32,731 bases of DNA from a virus (Duplodnaviria; Caudoviricetes). This document shows, piece by piece, positions 18,031-26,375 of the stretch; the stretch's first letter is position 1, and each line of letters begins with the position of its first letter. A program made the position numbers and the translations under genes. The notes below the pieces were generated by a model. It did not search any database, was not told where the DNA came from, and was given only the letters and a program-made list of their open reading frames with translations. Location: positions 1 to 32,731 of the IMG/VR virus record IMGVR_UViG_3300020044_006693; one strand, written 5' to 3'.

Positions 18031-20034
18031 ATGGCCATTGTGATTAACGATACCGCGCCTCGCGCCCAGTATACGGCGACCTCTGGTCAGACCGCATTCA
18101 CTGTTTCGTTCGAGTTCTTCGCGAACAGCGACCTCAAAGTGTATCGTAACTCTACACTTTTGACACTGACCACAAACTATACGGTCACTGGTGCGGGTGT
18201 TACTGGCGGTGGTACTGTTACCCTGGTCACTGGGGCTACGGCTGGCGACATTGTAACCATTGTTCGCGATGTGCCGGTGGCCAGAACCTCTGACTTTCCG
18301 ACCTCTGGCCCGTTTAACATCGAGGCCTTGAACACGGATCTTGATCGGTTGACCGCCATGGTTCAGCAGCAGGAGACGCTGGATAGTCGTTCGCTGCGCC
18401 TCGATCAGTTCGATACGCCCAATAGTTTCAATGTCTTGCCAGCTAAGGCTGCCCGCGCTGGTCGCGTCCTTCAGTTTAATGATACGACCGGCCAGCCTGA
18501 AGCCGGTCCTACGACTTCTGAAGTGGCAAATGCCCAGACCTATGCCACCAATGCTTCGACGTCAGCCACGGCTGCTGCAAGCTCGGCATCGTCTGCCTCT
18601 ACATCTGCCAGTAGCGCTTCGACGTCTGCAACAAATGCTGCCTCTTCGGCATCAGCGGCCTCTACTTCCGCCAGCAATGCCTCTTCTTCGGCATCTTCGG
18701 CATCGACTTCGGCCAGCAATGCTTCGACATCTGCAAGCAATGCCTCAACATCAGCGACTGCGGCTTCGGGATCTGCATCGACAGCCAGCACACAAGCAAG
18801 CAATGCTTCTTCTTCGGCAAGTGCTGCGGCGTCATCTGCATCTTCTGCTGCTACTTCAGCAACCAATGCTGCCGCTGCCCAGACTGCTGCCGAATCGGCA
18901 CGAGATGCAACGCTTGCTGCCTATGACAGTTTTGATGATCGGTATCTTGGTGCAAAATCAAGCGATCCGTCAGTTGATAATGATGGTAATGCTCTTATCG
19001 CTGGCGCTCTTTACTTCAATTCCACCGATGGAATTATGAAGCTCTATACTGGCAGTGCATGGGTTGCTGCCTATGTGTCTGGATCTGGCTTCTTGGCATT
19101 GAGCGGCGGTACGATGACCGGTCAAGTTGCTTTTGCAGCTGGCTCTGTATCTGCTCCAAGTATTGCTGTAAGCGGGGACACGAACACGGGCATCTTCTTC
19201 CCTGCTGCCGACACAATAGCCTTTGCCGAAGGCGGCGTGGAGTCGATGCGTATCGACTCAGCCGGTAATATTGGAATTGGAACAAATTCGCCATCATATC
19301 CCATAACTATTAGTCGTTCAGGGGTGAACACCTATCTCTACCAGTTTGATGGAACTGGAACGATGGTTACAGGCTCTAGTGGATCGGGACTTGGTGTCTC
19401 TGGCACGTTCTCAAACACCGCCTTTGCTCTGTTTTCAAATTCTACCGAACGTATGCGCATCGACTCCTCCGGCAATGTCGGGATTGGGACAAGCTCTCCT
19501 GCTAGTTTGTTGCATCTTGGGACGAGTGCTCCTGAAATTAGATTTGACGATGACGACGCCACAGGTATTGTCCAAGTACGTCAGACAGCCGCTGCGTTCT
19601 TAATTACGGTTGACCCAACTAACGTAGACGCATCTAGCAACTTTCAAGTTGCTATTGATAATACTGAACGCTTCCGTATTGCTGCATCAGGCCAGATCGG
19701 CATTGGCGGCGCAAACTACGGCACATCTGGTCAAGCACTTGTAAGCAATGGCTCTAGCGCAGCGCCTTCGTGGCAGTCGCCAGTTGCTGATGTTTATACT
19801 GGCAGTAGCAACTCTAACACAAGTTTTCCAATTGGAACGAATGTGCTTATCGACTCTGGTGGAACTCTCAGTGCTAGAGCTACAGCCCAAACATTGTATT
19901 ATTCTACAACTGAAACTGAAAAGTTTTTTAAAACCACTGGAGCTAATAGAACTGCGATTACAGGAACTTGGAGACAGCGTGGATTTTCTAATTCTGATGG
20001 TCAGCAGCCTGAACTTTACCAACGCACTGCCTAA
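18031..20034 (+). CDS. Tail fibre protein
   Basis: CAGGAG RBS; T7-fibre-like N-terminus (YTATSGQTAF..DLKVY..LNTDLDRL), Ala/Ser stalk, three ERMRIDSSGNVGIGT-type repeats. Confidence 0.92.
   Translation: MAIVINDTAPRAQYTATSGQTAFTVSFEFFANSDLKVYRNSTLLTLTTNYTVTGAGVTGGGTVTLVTGATAGDIVTIVRDVPVARTSDFPTSGPFNIEALNTDLDRLTAMVQQQETLDSRSLRLDQFDTPNSFNVLPAKAARAGRVLQFNDTTGQPEAGPTTSEVANAQTYATNASTSATAAASSASSASTSASSASTSATNAASSASAASTSASNASSSASSASTSASNASTSASNASTSATAASGSASTASTQASNASSSASAAASSASSAATSATNAAAAQTAAESARDATLAAYDSFDDRYLGAKSSDPSVDNDGNALIAGALYFNSTDGIMKLYTGSAWVAAYVSGSGFLALSGGTMTGQVAFAAGSVSAPSIAVSGDTNTGIFFPAADTIAFAEGGVESMRIDSAGNIGIGTNSPSYPITISRSGVNTYLYQFDGTGTMVTGSSGSGLGVSGTFSNTAFALFSNSTERMRIDSSGNVGIGTSSPASLLHLGTSAPEIRFDDDDATGIVQVRQTAAAFLITVDPTNVDASSNFQVAIDNTERFRIAASGQIGIGGANYGTSGQALVSNGSSAAPSWQSPVADVYTGSSNSNTSFPIGTNVLIDSGGTLSARATAQTLYYSTTETEKFFKTTGANRTAITGTWRQRGFSNSDGQQPELYQRTA
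18540..18900 (+). repeat. Low-complexity Ala/Ser/Thr heptad-like repeats in fibre stalk
   Basis: ASTSASNASSSASSASTSASNA... repeated; explains antisense shadow ORFs. Confidence 0.85.
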
Positions 20035-20043
20035 GAGGGGATC

Positions 20044-20454
20044 ATGGCTGAAGCACAAAATCTTACCAATGTTCGCTTAATGCCTGACGGCGCTTGGCTT
20101 TGCAACATTGACCTTAGACTTCCAGGAGAAGATTGGGAGGCTATTGAATACTGCGCTCGTCGTGGTGATGGCGCACCCATCAACCTCTGGATCATTGAGC
20201 AGATTGATGCTGGCTTAGTGGCTGTTACAGACTGGGTTCCTCCTCCTCGCGATATTGAAGTAGAGTGGGCAGAAATTCGTCGCGAGCGCAATAAGCGTCT
20301 TACTGCATCTGATTGGTCACAGCTTCCTGATGCACAAGCTGCCATGAGCGATGAACGCAAAGCTGCATGGATTACATATCGTCAAGCCTTGCGCGATATC
20401 ACAACCACATTTGCTGACCCTGATGACGTTATCTGGCCGGTGAAACCATCATGA
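20044..20454 (+). CDS. Tail fibre assembly chaperone
   Basis: WAEIRRERNKRLTASDWSQLPD..WITYRQALRDI..WPVKP. Confidence 0.88.
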   Translation: MAEAQNLTNVRLMPDGAWLCNIDLRLPGEDWEAIEYCARRGDGAPINLWIIEQIDAGLVAVTDWVPPPRDIEVEWAEIRRERNKRLTASDWSQLPDAQAAMSDERKAAWITYRQALRDITTTFADPDDVIWPVKPS

Positions 20455-20636
20455 GCAATCACGGGGAGACAATAAAATTGGCTGGTGACGTTCTGTCAGT
20501 AACGACTGTTGCTGGCACATTAGTTGGTATGCTGCCCTCGGTCGCCGCTATCTTTACAATCCTTTGGACCGGCATTCGGATCTATGAAACCGAAACAGTT
20601 CAAAGGATCTTAGGCCGTAAGAGGGATGACCAATGA
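20451..20636 (+). CDS. Holin-like small membrane protein
   Basis: 61 aa with hydrophobic segments, GIRIYET, basic C-terminus; start of lysis region. Confidence 0.6.
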   Translation: MSNHGETIKLAGDVLSVTTVAGTLVGMLPSVAAIFTILWTGIRIYETETVQRILGRKRDDQ

Positions 20637-21106
20637 CTAGCACTGAAGATAAACAGGAGAAGATGGCGCTTGAGATGGCTGCCAATTCCTCAAAGGGTGC
20701 ATTGGTCGAAAAGATTACCTTTGCTGGTATTCCGATCTTGTTCTCATGCGTTGTCTATCTAATGAGCGCACTATCCAATGCGAACAATGAGATCATTCAG
20801 ATCAAATCGAAAGTCGCCGTAGTGGTGAACGCTGATAACAAAGCAATCCCACCTCAAGGCACGACTATCGACATGGCTCAGATCCGCGAGAGCCTGAACG
20901 ACAAGATTGATAAAGTCGAAAGGGACGCCGCTCTTGCTCGCGCCGCGATGACACTCGACCGCGAAAAGTCGATGGCTGCTATTGATAAGAGTCGGTTGGA
21001 TATGGCGGCTGACGCTGCGGCTGCTCGCGCTGCTATCCGCTTTGACCTGGAGCGCATTCGCGCAGAACTTGATAAGCGTGTTCATCTTCTAGAGCAGAAG
21101 AAATAA
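20633..21106 (+). CDS. Single-TM coiled-coil protein of unknown function
   Basis: TM ITFAGIPILFSCVVYLMSAL then helical tail; ATGA coupling. Confidence 0.7.
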   Translation: MTSTEDKQEKMALEMAANSSKGALVEKITFAGIPILFSCVVYLMSALSNANNEIIQIKSKVAVVVNADNKAIPPQGTTIDMAQIRESLNDKIDKVERDAALARAAMTLDREKSMAAIDKSRLDMAADAAAARAAIRFDLERIRAELDKRVHLLEQKK

Positions 21107-21315
21107 TGGAGCCAATGTCTCTCAAGTTTATCTTGATTGCATGGATGCTCGGTTCGTCTGACGGGAAAGTACATTATTTTACGCCGATCATGGTCATGCC
21201 AAACTTAAGCATGTGCGAGCAAGCCTTGGCTGATCTAAAAGAAACACACAAACGGGGATACGCATTCAGCCTCTCTGTACGTGGTGTATGTATTCCAGCA
21301 AATGCAGGGGGATAG
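21106..21315 (+). CDS. Small exported-type protein with Cys pair
   Basis: Hydrophobic N-terminus FILIAWML, two Cys (MCEQAL..GVCIP); TAATG coupling. Confidence 0.6.
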   Translation: MEPMSLKFILIAWMLGSSDGKVHYFTPIMVMPNLSMCEQALADLKETHKRGYAFSLSVRGVCIPANAGG

Positions 21316-21316
21316 A

Positions 21317-22126
21317 ATGCCTACGACCGTTTATGAAGATCTTTGTGCGCTTGCTCCGAGAGCCAAGAAGGATTTGCTTAAGAGCTTGGCCAAGGCTTCG
21401 GCTGAAATCCTGCCTGAATATGAGATCGATACTGCTTTGCGCGAAGCCCACTTCTGGGCTCAGGCCGCTCACGAAACTGGCAACTTTAAATATATGTACG
21501 AGATCTGGGGACCGACACCGGCTCAGGCTCGCTACGAAGGCCGTAAAGATCTCGGAAATACGGTCGAAGGTGATGGCTATAAGTATCGTGGCCGTGGCAT
21601 CTTCCAACTGACAGGCCGTGCCAACTATGAGAAGTATGGTAAGGCGCTTGGTCTTGACCTGGTAAACAATCCTGATCTGGCTGCCAATCCAGAAACCGCT
21701 CTCCGCATCGCTTGCGAGTATTGGCGTAGCCGGAAGATCAATGCAGCCGCAGACAAGGATGACATTGTTGCGGTTACTAAGAAGATCAACGGCGGGACCA
21801 ACGGCATCGCTGATCGTCGCGTCTGTCTTGCCACGGCCAAGAAGATGTGGGCTGATAACTACGAATCCGAAATGGTTCCTGTCGTAAAGCAAGAGCCTTC
21901 GATCACATCAAGCAAGCAAGCAACTGGCGGCTTGGCTATCGGTGGCCTTGCTACCTTGGGCGCTGCCAAGGAAATTAAGGAACAAGTTCAGGATGCCAGC
22001 GATCTAGCCACGACCATAACTGGAGCGCTCTCAAATACCAGCGTTCTCATCCTTCTTGTTCTGGCTATTGTCGGCGGTGCTATTTTCTACTGGCGCAAGA
22101 AACAAATGCAGGACTATGGCATATGA
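21317..22126 (+). CDS. Endolysin, glycoside hydrolase family 19, with C-terminal hydrophobic segments
   Basis: AHFWAQAAHETGNF, YRGRGIFQLTGRANY, INGGTNGIADR; start 21317 after GGGGGA. Confidence 0.92.
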   Translation: MPTTVYEDLCALAPRAKKDLLKSLAKASAEILPEYEIDTALREAHFWAQAAHETGNFKYMYEIWGPTPAQARYEGRKDLGNTVEGDGYKYRGRGIFQLTGRANYEKYGKALGLDLVNNPDLAANPETALRIACEYWRSRKINAAADKDDIVAVTKKINGGTNGIADRRVCLATAKKMWADNYESEMVPVVKQEPSITSSKQATGGLAIGGLATLGAAKEIKEQVQDASDLATTITGALSNTSVLILLVLAIVGGAIFYWRKKQMQDYGI

Positions 22127-22353
22127 TTGCTCTGCTTCTGTCTCCTCTTGGTCGATATCTTCTGATAGGTGGGATCTTGGTATTGGCCCTTGGCGGCTGG
22201 TATCTTAAGGTTCGGTCAGATGCCAAGGCTGAAGTTGAGGCGGCAGCACAGGCCGATGCACTAAGGAGAACCCAAGATGCGATACGCGCTGGTGATGCTA
22301 TCGATGTTCGCCCTGACCGGTTGCGCGAGCCTGACCGGAACTCGCGCGACTAA
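22123..22353 (+). CDS. i-spanin (Rz-like)
   Basis: N-terminal TM then Ala-rich helix, directly after endolysin. Confidence 0.7.
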   Translation: MIALLLSPLGRYLLIGGILVLALGGWYLKVRSDAKAEVEAAAQADALRRTQDAIRAGDAIDVRPDRLREPDRNSRD

Positions 22354-22477
22354 CACGGCATCTTGCTCTGTCTGGAAGGATATCTCCTGGTCAAAGAAAG
22401 ATACTGACCAGACGATTACCGAGATCAAAGTCAACAACGCCAGGAGAGAAGCCTGGTGTCAAGGAGAGAGGAAGTAA
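22277..22477 (+). CDS. o-spanin lipoprotein (Rz1-like)
   Basis: AAGGAG RBS, signal peptide with lipobox LTGC, overlaps i-spanin 3' end. Confidence 0.8.
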   Translation: MRYALVMLSMFALTGCASLTGTRATNTASCSVWKDISWSKKDTDQTITEIKVNNARREAWCQGERK

Positions 22478-22478
22478 G

Positions 22479-22748
22479 ATGGGACCGGAAAGCTATCTTG
22501 GATCTATAGCGTGGTTTGCTGGCAGTTTCCCGCCCAAGGGCTGGCTGCTTTGCGATGGCCATCAGCTATCGATCCAGCAGAACACCGCACTCTTTGCGCT
22601 GCTCGGCACGATCTATGGCGGCGATGGGATTCGGAACTTTGCCCTGCCTGATCTGCGACCAAAAGATCCGAATGGCCGCATCCTTCCTTTTGGTGAAAGT
22701 CAGCAGCCTTGCATCTGCGTCGAGGGGATCTTCCCTTCACGTTGGTAA
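22479..22748 (+). CDS. Stand-alone phage tail-collar domain protein
   Basis: YLGSIAWFAGSFPPKGWLLCDGHQLSIQQNTALFALLGTIYGGDG..FALPDLR..CICVEGIFPSR. Confidence 0.88.
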   Translation: MGPESYLGSIAWFAGSFPPKGWLLCDGHQLSIQQNTALFALLGTIYGGDGIRNFALPDLRPKDPNGRILPFGESQQPCICVEGIFPSRW

Positions 22749-22786
22749 CCTGATGATCGACGGCCCCTTTGGTTGGTCATCGTGGT

Positions 22787-22823
22787 AGGCCCAGAGGTTC
22801 TCCCCCCTCTGGGCCTTTACTTT
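22787..22823 (+). terminator. Hairpin terminator between convergent late and early operons
   Basis: AGGCCCAGAGG (22787-97) / CCTCTGGGCCT (22806-16) perfect 11-bp stem followed by TTACTTT. Confidence 0.75.
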
Positions 22824-22906
22824 GGATGGCCAATCGACACTGCCCAGCAGATATAAAACAGGGCAACAATGATGATCCAGAAACTAAAGATCTCGAACGC
22901 TGTCAT
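22817..22906 (-). CDS. 29-aa hydrophobic membrane peptide (missed by ORF track)
   Basis: MTAFEIFSFWIIIVALFYICWAVSIGHPK*, RBS AGAAGGGA, stop abuts the hairpin. Confidence 0.55.
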   Translation of the reverse strand: MTAFEIFSFWIIIVALFYICWAVSIGHPK

Positions 22907-23054
22907 CTTGATTCCCTTCTAATATTGCGATAATAATTCGCAGCGCCGCTTCTAGCTCCTCAATGCGGTCAGCGGCTTCACGCGCGTCTGCAACGGAAAC
23001 TTGCCAGTCGGTCGAGAAGCAATGATTGCGCAGCCGCTTCACAAGATCAGACAT
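22884..23054 (-). CDS. Small paralog 3 (MSDLVKRLR..EAADRIEEL)
   Basis: ATG 23054 overlapping upstream gene end; shared motif. Confidence 0.75.
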   Translation of the reverse strand: MSDLVKRLRNHCFSTDWQVSVADAREAADRIEELEAALRIIIAILEGNQDDSVRDL

Positions 23055-23268
23055 CTTTCTTTTCCCCCAGTGCAGCGCGGGCGGCATCCATTGCATCTAT
23101 GACATCGCAAATACCAACACCATTTTCCCATTTGTCGTAAATATCCCGCAGCGCCGCTTCCAGTTGTTCAATGTGGTCGGCAGCAGCATTTATATCTTTG
23201 CTAAACTCGGGAAAGAGATCCGTCAAAACATCGGCGATACCAGATAGCCGCTTCACAAGATCATCCAT
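23047..23268 (-). CDS. Small paralog 2 (MDDLVKRLS..AAADHIEQL)
   Basis: Shared motif, coupled overlap. Confidence 0.75.
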   Translation of the reverse strand: MDDLVKRLSGIADVLTDLFPEFSKDINAAADHIEQLEAALRDIYDKWENGVGICDVIDAMDAARAALGEKKDV

Positions 23269-23491
23269 CTTTCGTCTCCCCTAGTGTAGTACGAGTATCA
23301 TCGACTAATATACAAAAGCCACAACCGCATCCTTCTCCATACATAGGCAAGGTTAAAAAGTTTCTTAACATTGCTTGCAGTTCTTCAATGCGGTCGGCGG
23401 CTTCACGCTCTAGCGTTGCGAGCCCACACTCGCCTTCACTGTCCCATGCTTGAGCACTTTCACGCAGCCGCTTCACAAGATCGTCGGTCAT
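23261..23491 (-). CDS. Small paralog 1 (MTDDLVKRLR..EAADRIEEL; CGCGFC)
   Basis: ATGA coupling at 23488-23491; shared motif. Confidence 0.75.
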   Translation of the reverse strand: MTDDLVKRLRESAQAWDSEGECGLATLEREAADRIEELQAMLRNFLTLPMYGEGCGCGFCILVDDTRTTLGETKDG

Positions 23492-23721
23492 TCCGGCCAT
23501 CTCCCATGCAAAAGTTTTAGTGCAATCCTTCCTGCTGGATACAAACCATCATAGTCTGTACTTCCTGACTCGGTTGGATAGGTCTCCATTTCAACAATGC
23601 GGATCAGACCATCCCTGTAGTATTTCACTTTGTGGTTCAATAACTCGATCTCCATTTTGAGATGATCGATCTCCATTTTTAGAGATTGAATATCCTCGTC
23701 CTGGTACTTCATCTGTCCCAT
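23488..23721 (-). CDS. Hypothetical coiled-coil protein
   Basis: 77 aa, AAGGGGA RBS, LKMEIDH/LKMEIEL duplication. Confidence 0.6.
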   Translation of the reverse strand: MGQMKYQDEDIQSLKMEIDHLKMEIELLNHKVKYYRDGLIRIVEMETYPTESGSTDYDGLYPAGRIALKLLHGRWPE

Positions 23722-24250
23722 TATCTTTCCCCTTTAAGTCCAAGAGCATTTCTTGGATAACAACGTTGATGTTTGCTGGTGTCTTTTTAATTGCATGCAA
23801 GACAGTCGTATGATCTCGATCTCCAAAGAACTTTCCCATTTGAGGGTAGCTTAAGGATGTCGTACGCTTTGCAATCTGCCAGACAAGATGCCGAGCTATT
23901 GTCAGGTCTCTATGCCGTCGGATTGACATGAGTTCTGCTTTTGAATAACCAGTCTTTAGCGCAACCCAATCGACAATCTGATGGAACCGAATCGGATCTT
24001 CGATCTCAATTGGCTTCAGGCAAGCCGGCTTCATTTTAATCATTGGCAGTGGCTGGACCACGGGTGTTTCTCCCGTGATCTCAGCGATTGCTTTCTGTGC
24101 TGGTTTGTGTTCCAGTTTTTTGAGGACTGGGGCAGGAAGAGCCTTTGGCTTTGGTCTAAACTCTAATGCTCTATTTATAACTACAGGTGGTGGCTGCATT
24201 TTACTGCGTATGTTTTTGTACCTTGTTAGGATTTGTTCCACCGTTTCCAT
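23591..24250 (-). CDS. DnaA C-terminal (domain IV, Bac_DnaA_C) DNA-binding protein
   Basis: IVDWVALKTG..ELMSIRRHRDLTIARHLVW..LSYPQMGKFFGDRDHTTVLHA signature; GGAGG RBS. Confidence 0.88.
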   Translation of the reverse strand: METVEQILTRYKNIRSKMQPPPVVINRALEFRPKPKALPAPVLKKLEHKPAQKAIAEITGETPVVQPLPMIKMKPACLKPIEIEDPIRFHQIVDWVALKTGYSKAELMSIRRHRDLTIARHLVWQIAKRTTSLSYPQMGKFFGDRDHTTVLHAIKKTPANINVVIQEMLLDLKGKDNGTDEVPGRGYSISKNGDRSSQNGDRVIEPQSEILQGWSDPHC

Positions 24251-24494
24251 TTAAGTCCTCCAGTAAACGCGACCACTCGGACAACATTTTGTTGTACTCT
24301 TGGAGCATAAGGTTTTGAGTTTGATAAAGACCGTTGATGTGGTCAAGGATTTCCAGCATCAATTCTTTAGTCGGCTCGTCCTTCTTAAGTTTTATAAAGT
24401 CCAGTATACGCTGGGAAAGATCAAAGGTTTCCCCAATCCTAAACTCTATAATGTCAGGAAGATCGATCTCAACCTCATATGGTTTATTAATCAT
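24201..24494 (-). CDS. Hypothetical protein
   Basis: 97 aa ORF packed in operon. Confidence 0.6.
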   Translation of the reverse strand: MINKPYEVEIDLPDIIEFRIGETFDLSQRILDFIKLKKDEPTKELMLEILDHINGLYQTQNLMLQEYNKMLSEWSRLLEDLNGNGGTNPNKVQKHTQ

Positions 24495-24918
24495 TTGCTT
24501 TTCCTATTGGTGCGAACTTCTTTGCCAGTTCTTTTAGTTCTTCCTCAACACCTTCTTCGATCATCGAAACCTTTTGGGATGCTGGTGGATTGGCCTTTAC
24601 ATTTGGCCATGCACTACGCCACCGATCATCAAGATCCGTGCGGCAGCGCATCATCCAGATCAAGAACATCAGACTACACATGGCATGTGCGGCATGGAGT
24701 TCGCCGGTCTCTGGATCTAGATCTTCACAATCATTGAGCGCGTGGAGATGCCGCATTGCAGCGCCGATCAACCTTGTATACGAGATGCCTTCTCGCCAGT
24801 TATCAGGGCCATACTTGATTGCCCCATGCTGTAGGACTGCGGCCATAGATTCGAGAGCCGTGCGATCCAGTAAGTGCATAGGCAACTTACCTTCGTCGTG
24901 TTTGTTTCCACCTTGCAT
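24487..24918 (-). CDS. dATP/dGTP diphosphohydrolase domain protein (DUF5664-like)
   Basis: KHDEGKLPMHLL..GAIKYGPDNWREG..AAMRHL..DPETGELHAAHAMC; AAGGAG RBS. Confidence 0.85.
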   Translation of the reverse strand: MQGGNKHDEGKLPMHLLDRTALESMAAVLQHGAIKYGPDNWREGISYTRLIGAAMRHLHALNDCEDLDPETGELHAAHAMCSLMFLIWMMRCRTDLDDRWRSAWPNVKANPPASQKVSMIEEGVEEELKELAKKFAPIGKAND

Positions 24919-24930
24919 TATCTTTCTCCT

Positions 24931-25791
24931 TTAAGCAGCTTCAAGCTGGCCGACCAGCCAGCAGTTTTCCAAAAAATCTGCCGCCTTTGCAGCCTGGGCA
25001 GCAGCAGTGAACAGGGCCATCTTGTCTTTCTTGGCAATCTCCAGCCAACTTTTGAGATAGGCTGCATGATCTTGTCGAGTGTGATTGGCGATCTGCCACT
25101 CGGCTGCAAGAAAGGCAGCGCCCATCTCAGCAACCAGTTCCTCCATTGCATAGGCATCAGACTTAAACTTGGTCGAGAGATTACGATCAAGCCGATCCTT
25201 CGCACCTGTCCAATGGACTAGCTCATGAAACAGAACCGAGTAGTAATGCGGAGCATCTTTGAAGTTCTCGAATGCTGGCATACAGATCGTGTCTGTGCTT
25301 GGAATATAGCAAGCCATGTTTCGATCAGCTGAGATCTTTGCTCCTGTCATGCGAACGAAGGTCTCGATCATATTGATGCGCTCGCCTTCGCCTATGCTCT
25401 TGGGGGGCGTCGGCTCGGCGGCGCAATCACCTTCAACTTGATTGGCATTAAAGACATAGGAGATCTTGGAGATCATAACCTTCTGCTTGTCGCCATTCTT
25501 GTCTTCACGCTCATCGGTCTTGAAGAAAACAATCTGCGTTCCCTTCTCTCCCTTCTTGACCTTACCACCCAGGTCATTCCATTGATTGTATGTGGCCCAT
25601 CGCTGTGATGAATAGCCTTTGTTCATGGCTGTCAGCCAGCACATCATGACATTCAACCCACGATAGTGAGCCTTGGTCTTGGCATTCTGTGGCATGGTCA
25701 AGTCAACTGATTGCCACGGTGGCGACCACTTACCCGCATCGTCAACCATAGCAACTAGTTTATCTGTCATCTCCTGGTATGCGTCTCTCAT
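24931..25791 (-). CDS. ardC: ArdC-family antirestriction protein (ssDNA-binding N-domain + zincin metallopeptidase-like domain)
   Basis: WSPPW..YRGLN..WATYNQW..GGKVKKGEKG..VFNANQV; HELVHWTG and YAMEELVAEMGAAFL; probable start 25791. Confidence 0.9.
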   Translation of the reverse strand: MRDAYQEMTDKLVAMVDDAGKWSPPWQSVDLTMPQNAKTKAHYRGLNVMMCWLTAMNKGYSSQRWATYNQWNDLGGKVKKGEKGTQIVFFKTDEREDKNGDKQKVMISKISYVFNANQVEGDCAAEPTPPKSIGEGERINMIETFVRMTGAKISADRNMACYIPSTDTICMPAFENFKDAPHYYSVLFHELVHWTGAKDRLDRNLSTKFKSDAYAMEELVAEMGAAFLAAEWQIANHTRQDHAAYLKSWLEIAKKDKMALFTAAAQAAKAADFLENCWLVGQLEAA

Positions 25792-26014
25792 AGCTTTTCT
25801 CCCGAGCTTCAAGACTAATCTTAAGGACATTGAGGATCCCAATAAGTGTAGAGATCCTTGCGTTTGAGCGGCCCGACTCGATGTGAATGATCGAGAGTCG
25901 GCTGATGCCGACCCTCTTTGCTAGTTCATCTTGAGTCATACTAAGATCCATCCGTCGATCTTTAATCAACTTCGCGATCTGACTTGCCGCTGTTTCAGAA
26001 CGGCATATCTTCAT
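25760..26014 (-). CDS. XRE-family HTH regulator
   Basis: IKDRRMDLSMTQDELAKRVGISRLSIIHIESG; start uncertain. Confidence 0.8.
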   Translation of the reverse strand: MKICRSETAASQIAKLIKDRRMDLSMTQDELAKRVGISRLSIIHIESGRSNARISTLIGILNVLKISLEAREKSYERRIPGDDR

Positions 26015-26372
26015 CAAGATCATTGGATGGTTTTCCTGTAGCTTCTGACTTCTTGGTATTGTCGAGCATCTGGAAGTCGCCGTTGAAAGCGCCAACCACA
26101 ACCTCGGTGGCTGTCTTCTTCACGCCATCCTTTTCATACTCACGGATTTCCAGATTGCCTTCGACGTAAACCTTCAATCCCTTTGAAGCGTAGCTCTCGA
26201 TGACCTCGACCTTCTTCTGATCCCAAACCACCACGTTAACCCACATGGTAGTCTTCTCTTTCTTCACCCAGCGATTGACCGCAATAGAGAACCGCGCAGC
26301 GCGCTTGTCTCCATAGGCTTTGATCTCTGGTTCCTTGCCGATATTCCCAATGAGTGTGACTTTCGCGACCAT
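25995..26372 (-). CDS. ssb: Single-stranded DNA-binding protein
   Basis: KVTLIGNIGKEPEI..KGLKVYVEGNL; acidic tail DLDEDMPF. Confidence 0.95.
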   Translation of the reverse strand: MVAKVTLIGNIGKEPEIKAYGDKRAARFSIAVNRWVKKEKTTMWVNVVVWDQKKVEVIESYASKGLKVYVEGNLEIREYEKDGVKKTATEVVVGAFNGDFQMLDNTKKSEATGKPSNDLDEDMPF

Positions 26373-26375
26373 GAC

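Noticed and set aside
18431-19039. Alternative-frame and antisense ORFs in the tail fibre repeat
   Set aside because: Artefact of Ala/Ser low-complexity repeats
19230-19720. Repeated ERMRID..GNVGIGT units as possible DGR template/variable repeats
   Set aside because: No reverse transcriptase; differences are not adenine-specific; common fibre repeat
23030-23482. Spaced 17-bp repeats as a CRISPR-like mini-array
   Set aside because: Spacing ~215 bp, repeats lie at starts of paralogous ORFs, no cas genes
23591-23721. 131-nt overlap of the DnaA-C gene tail with the next ORF as functional overprinting
   Set aside because: The tail looks like unconstrained read-through; no evidence of function
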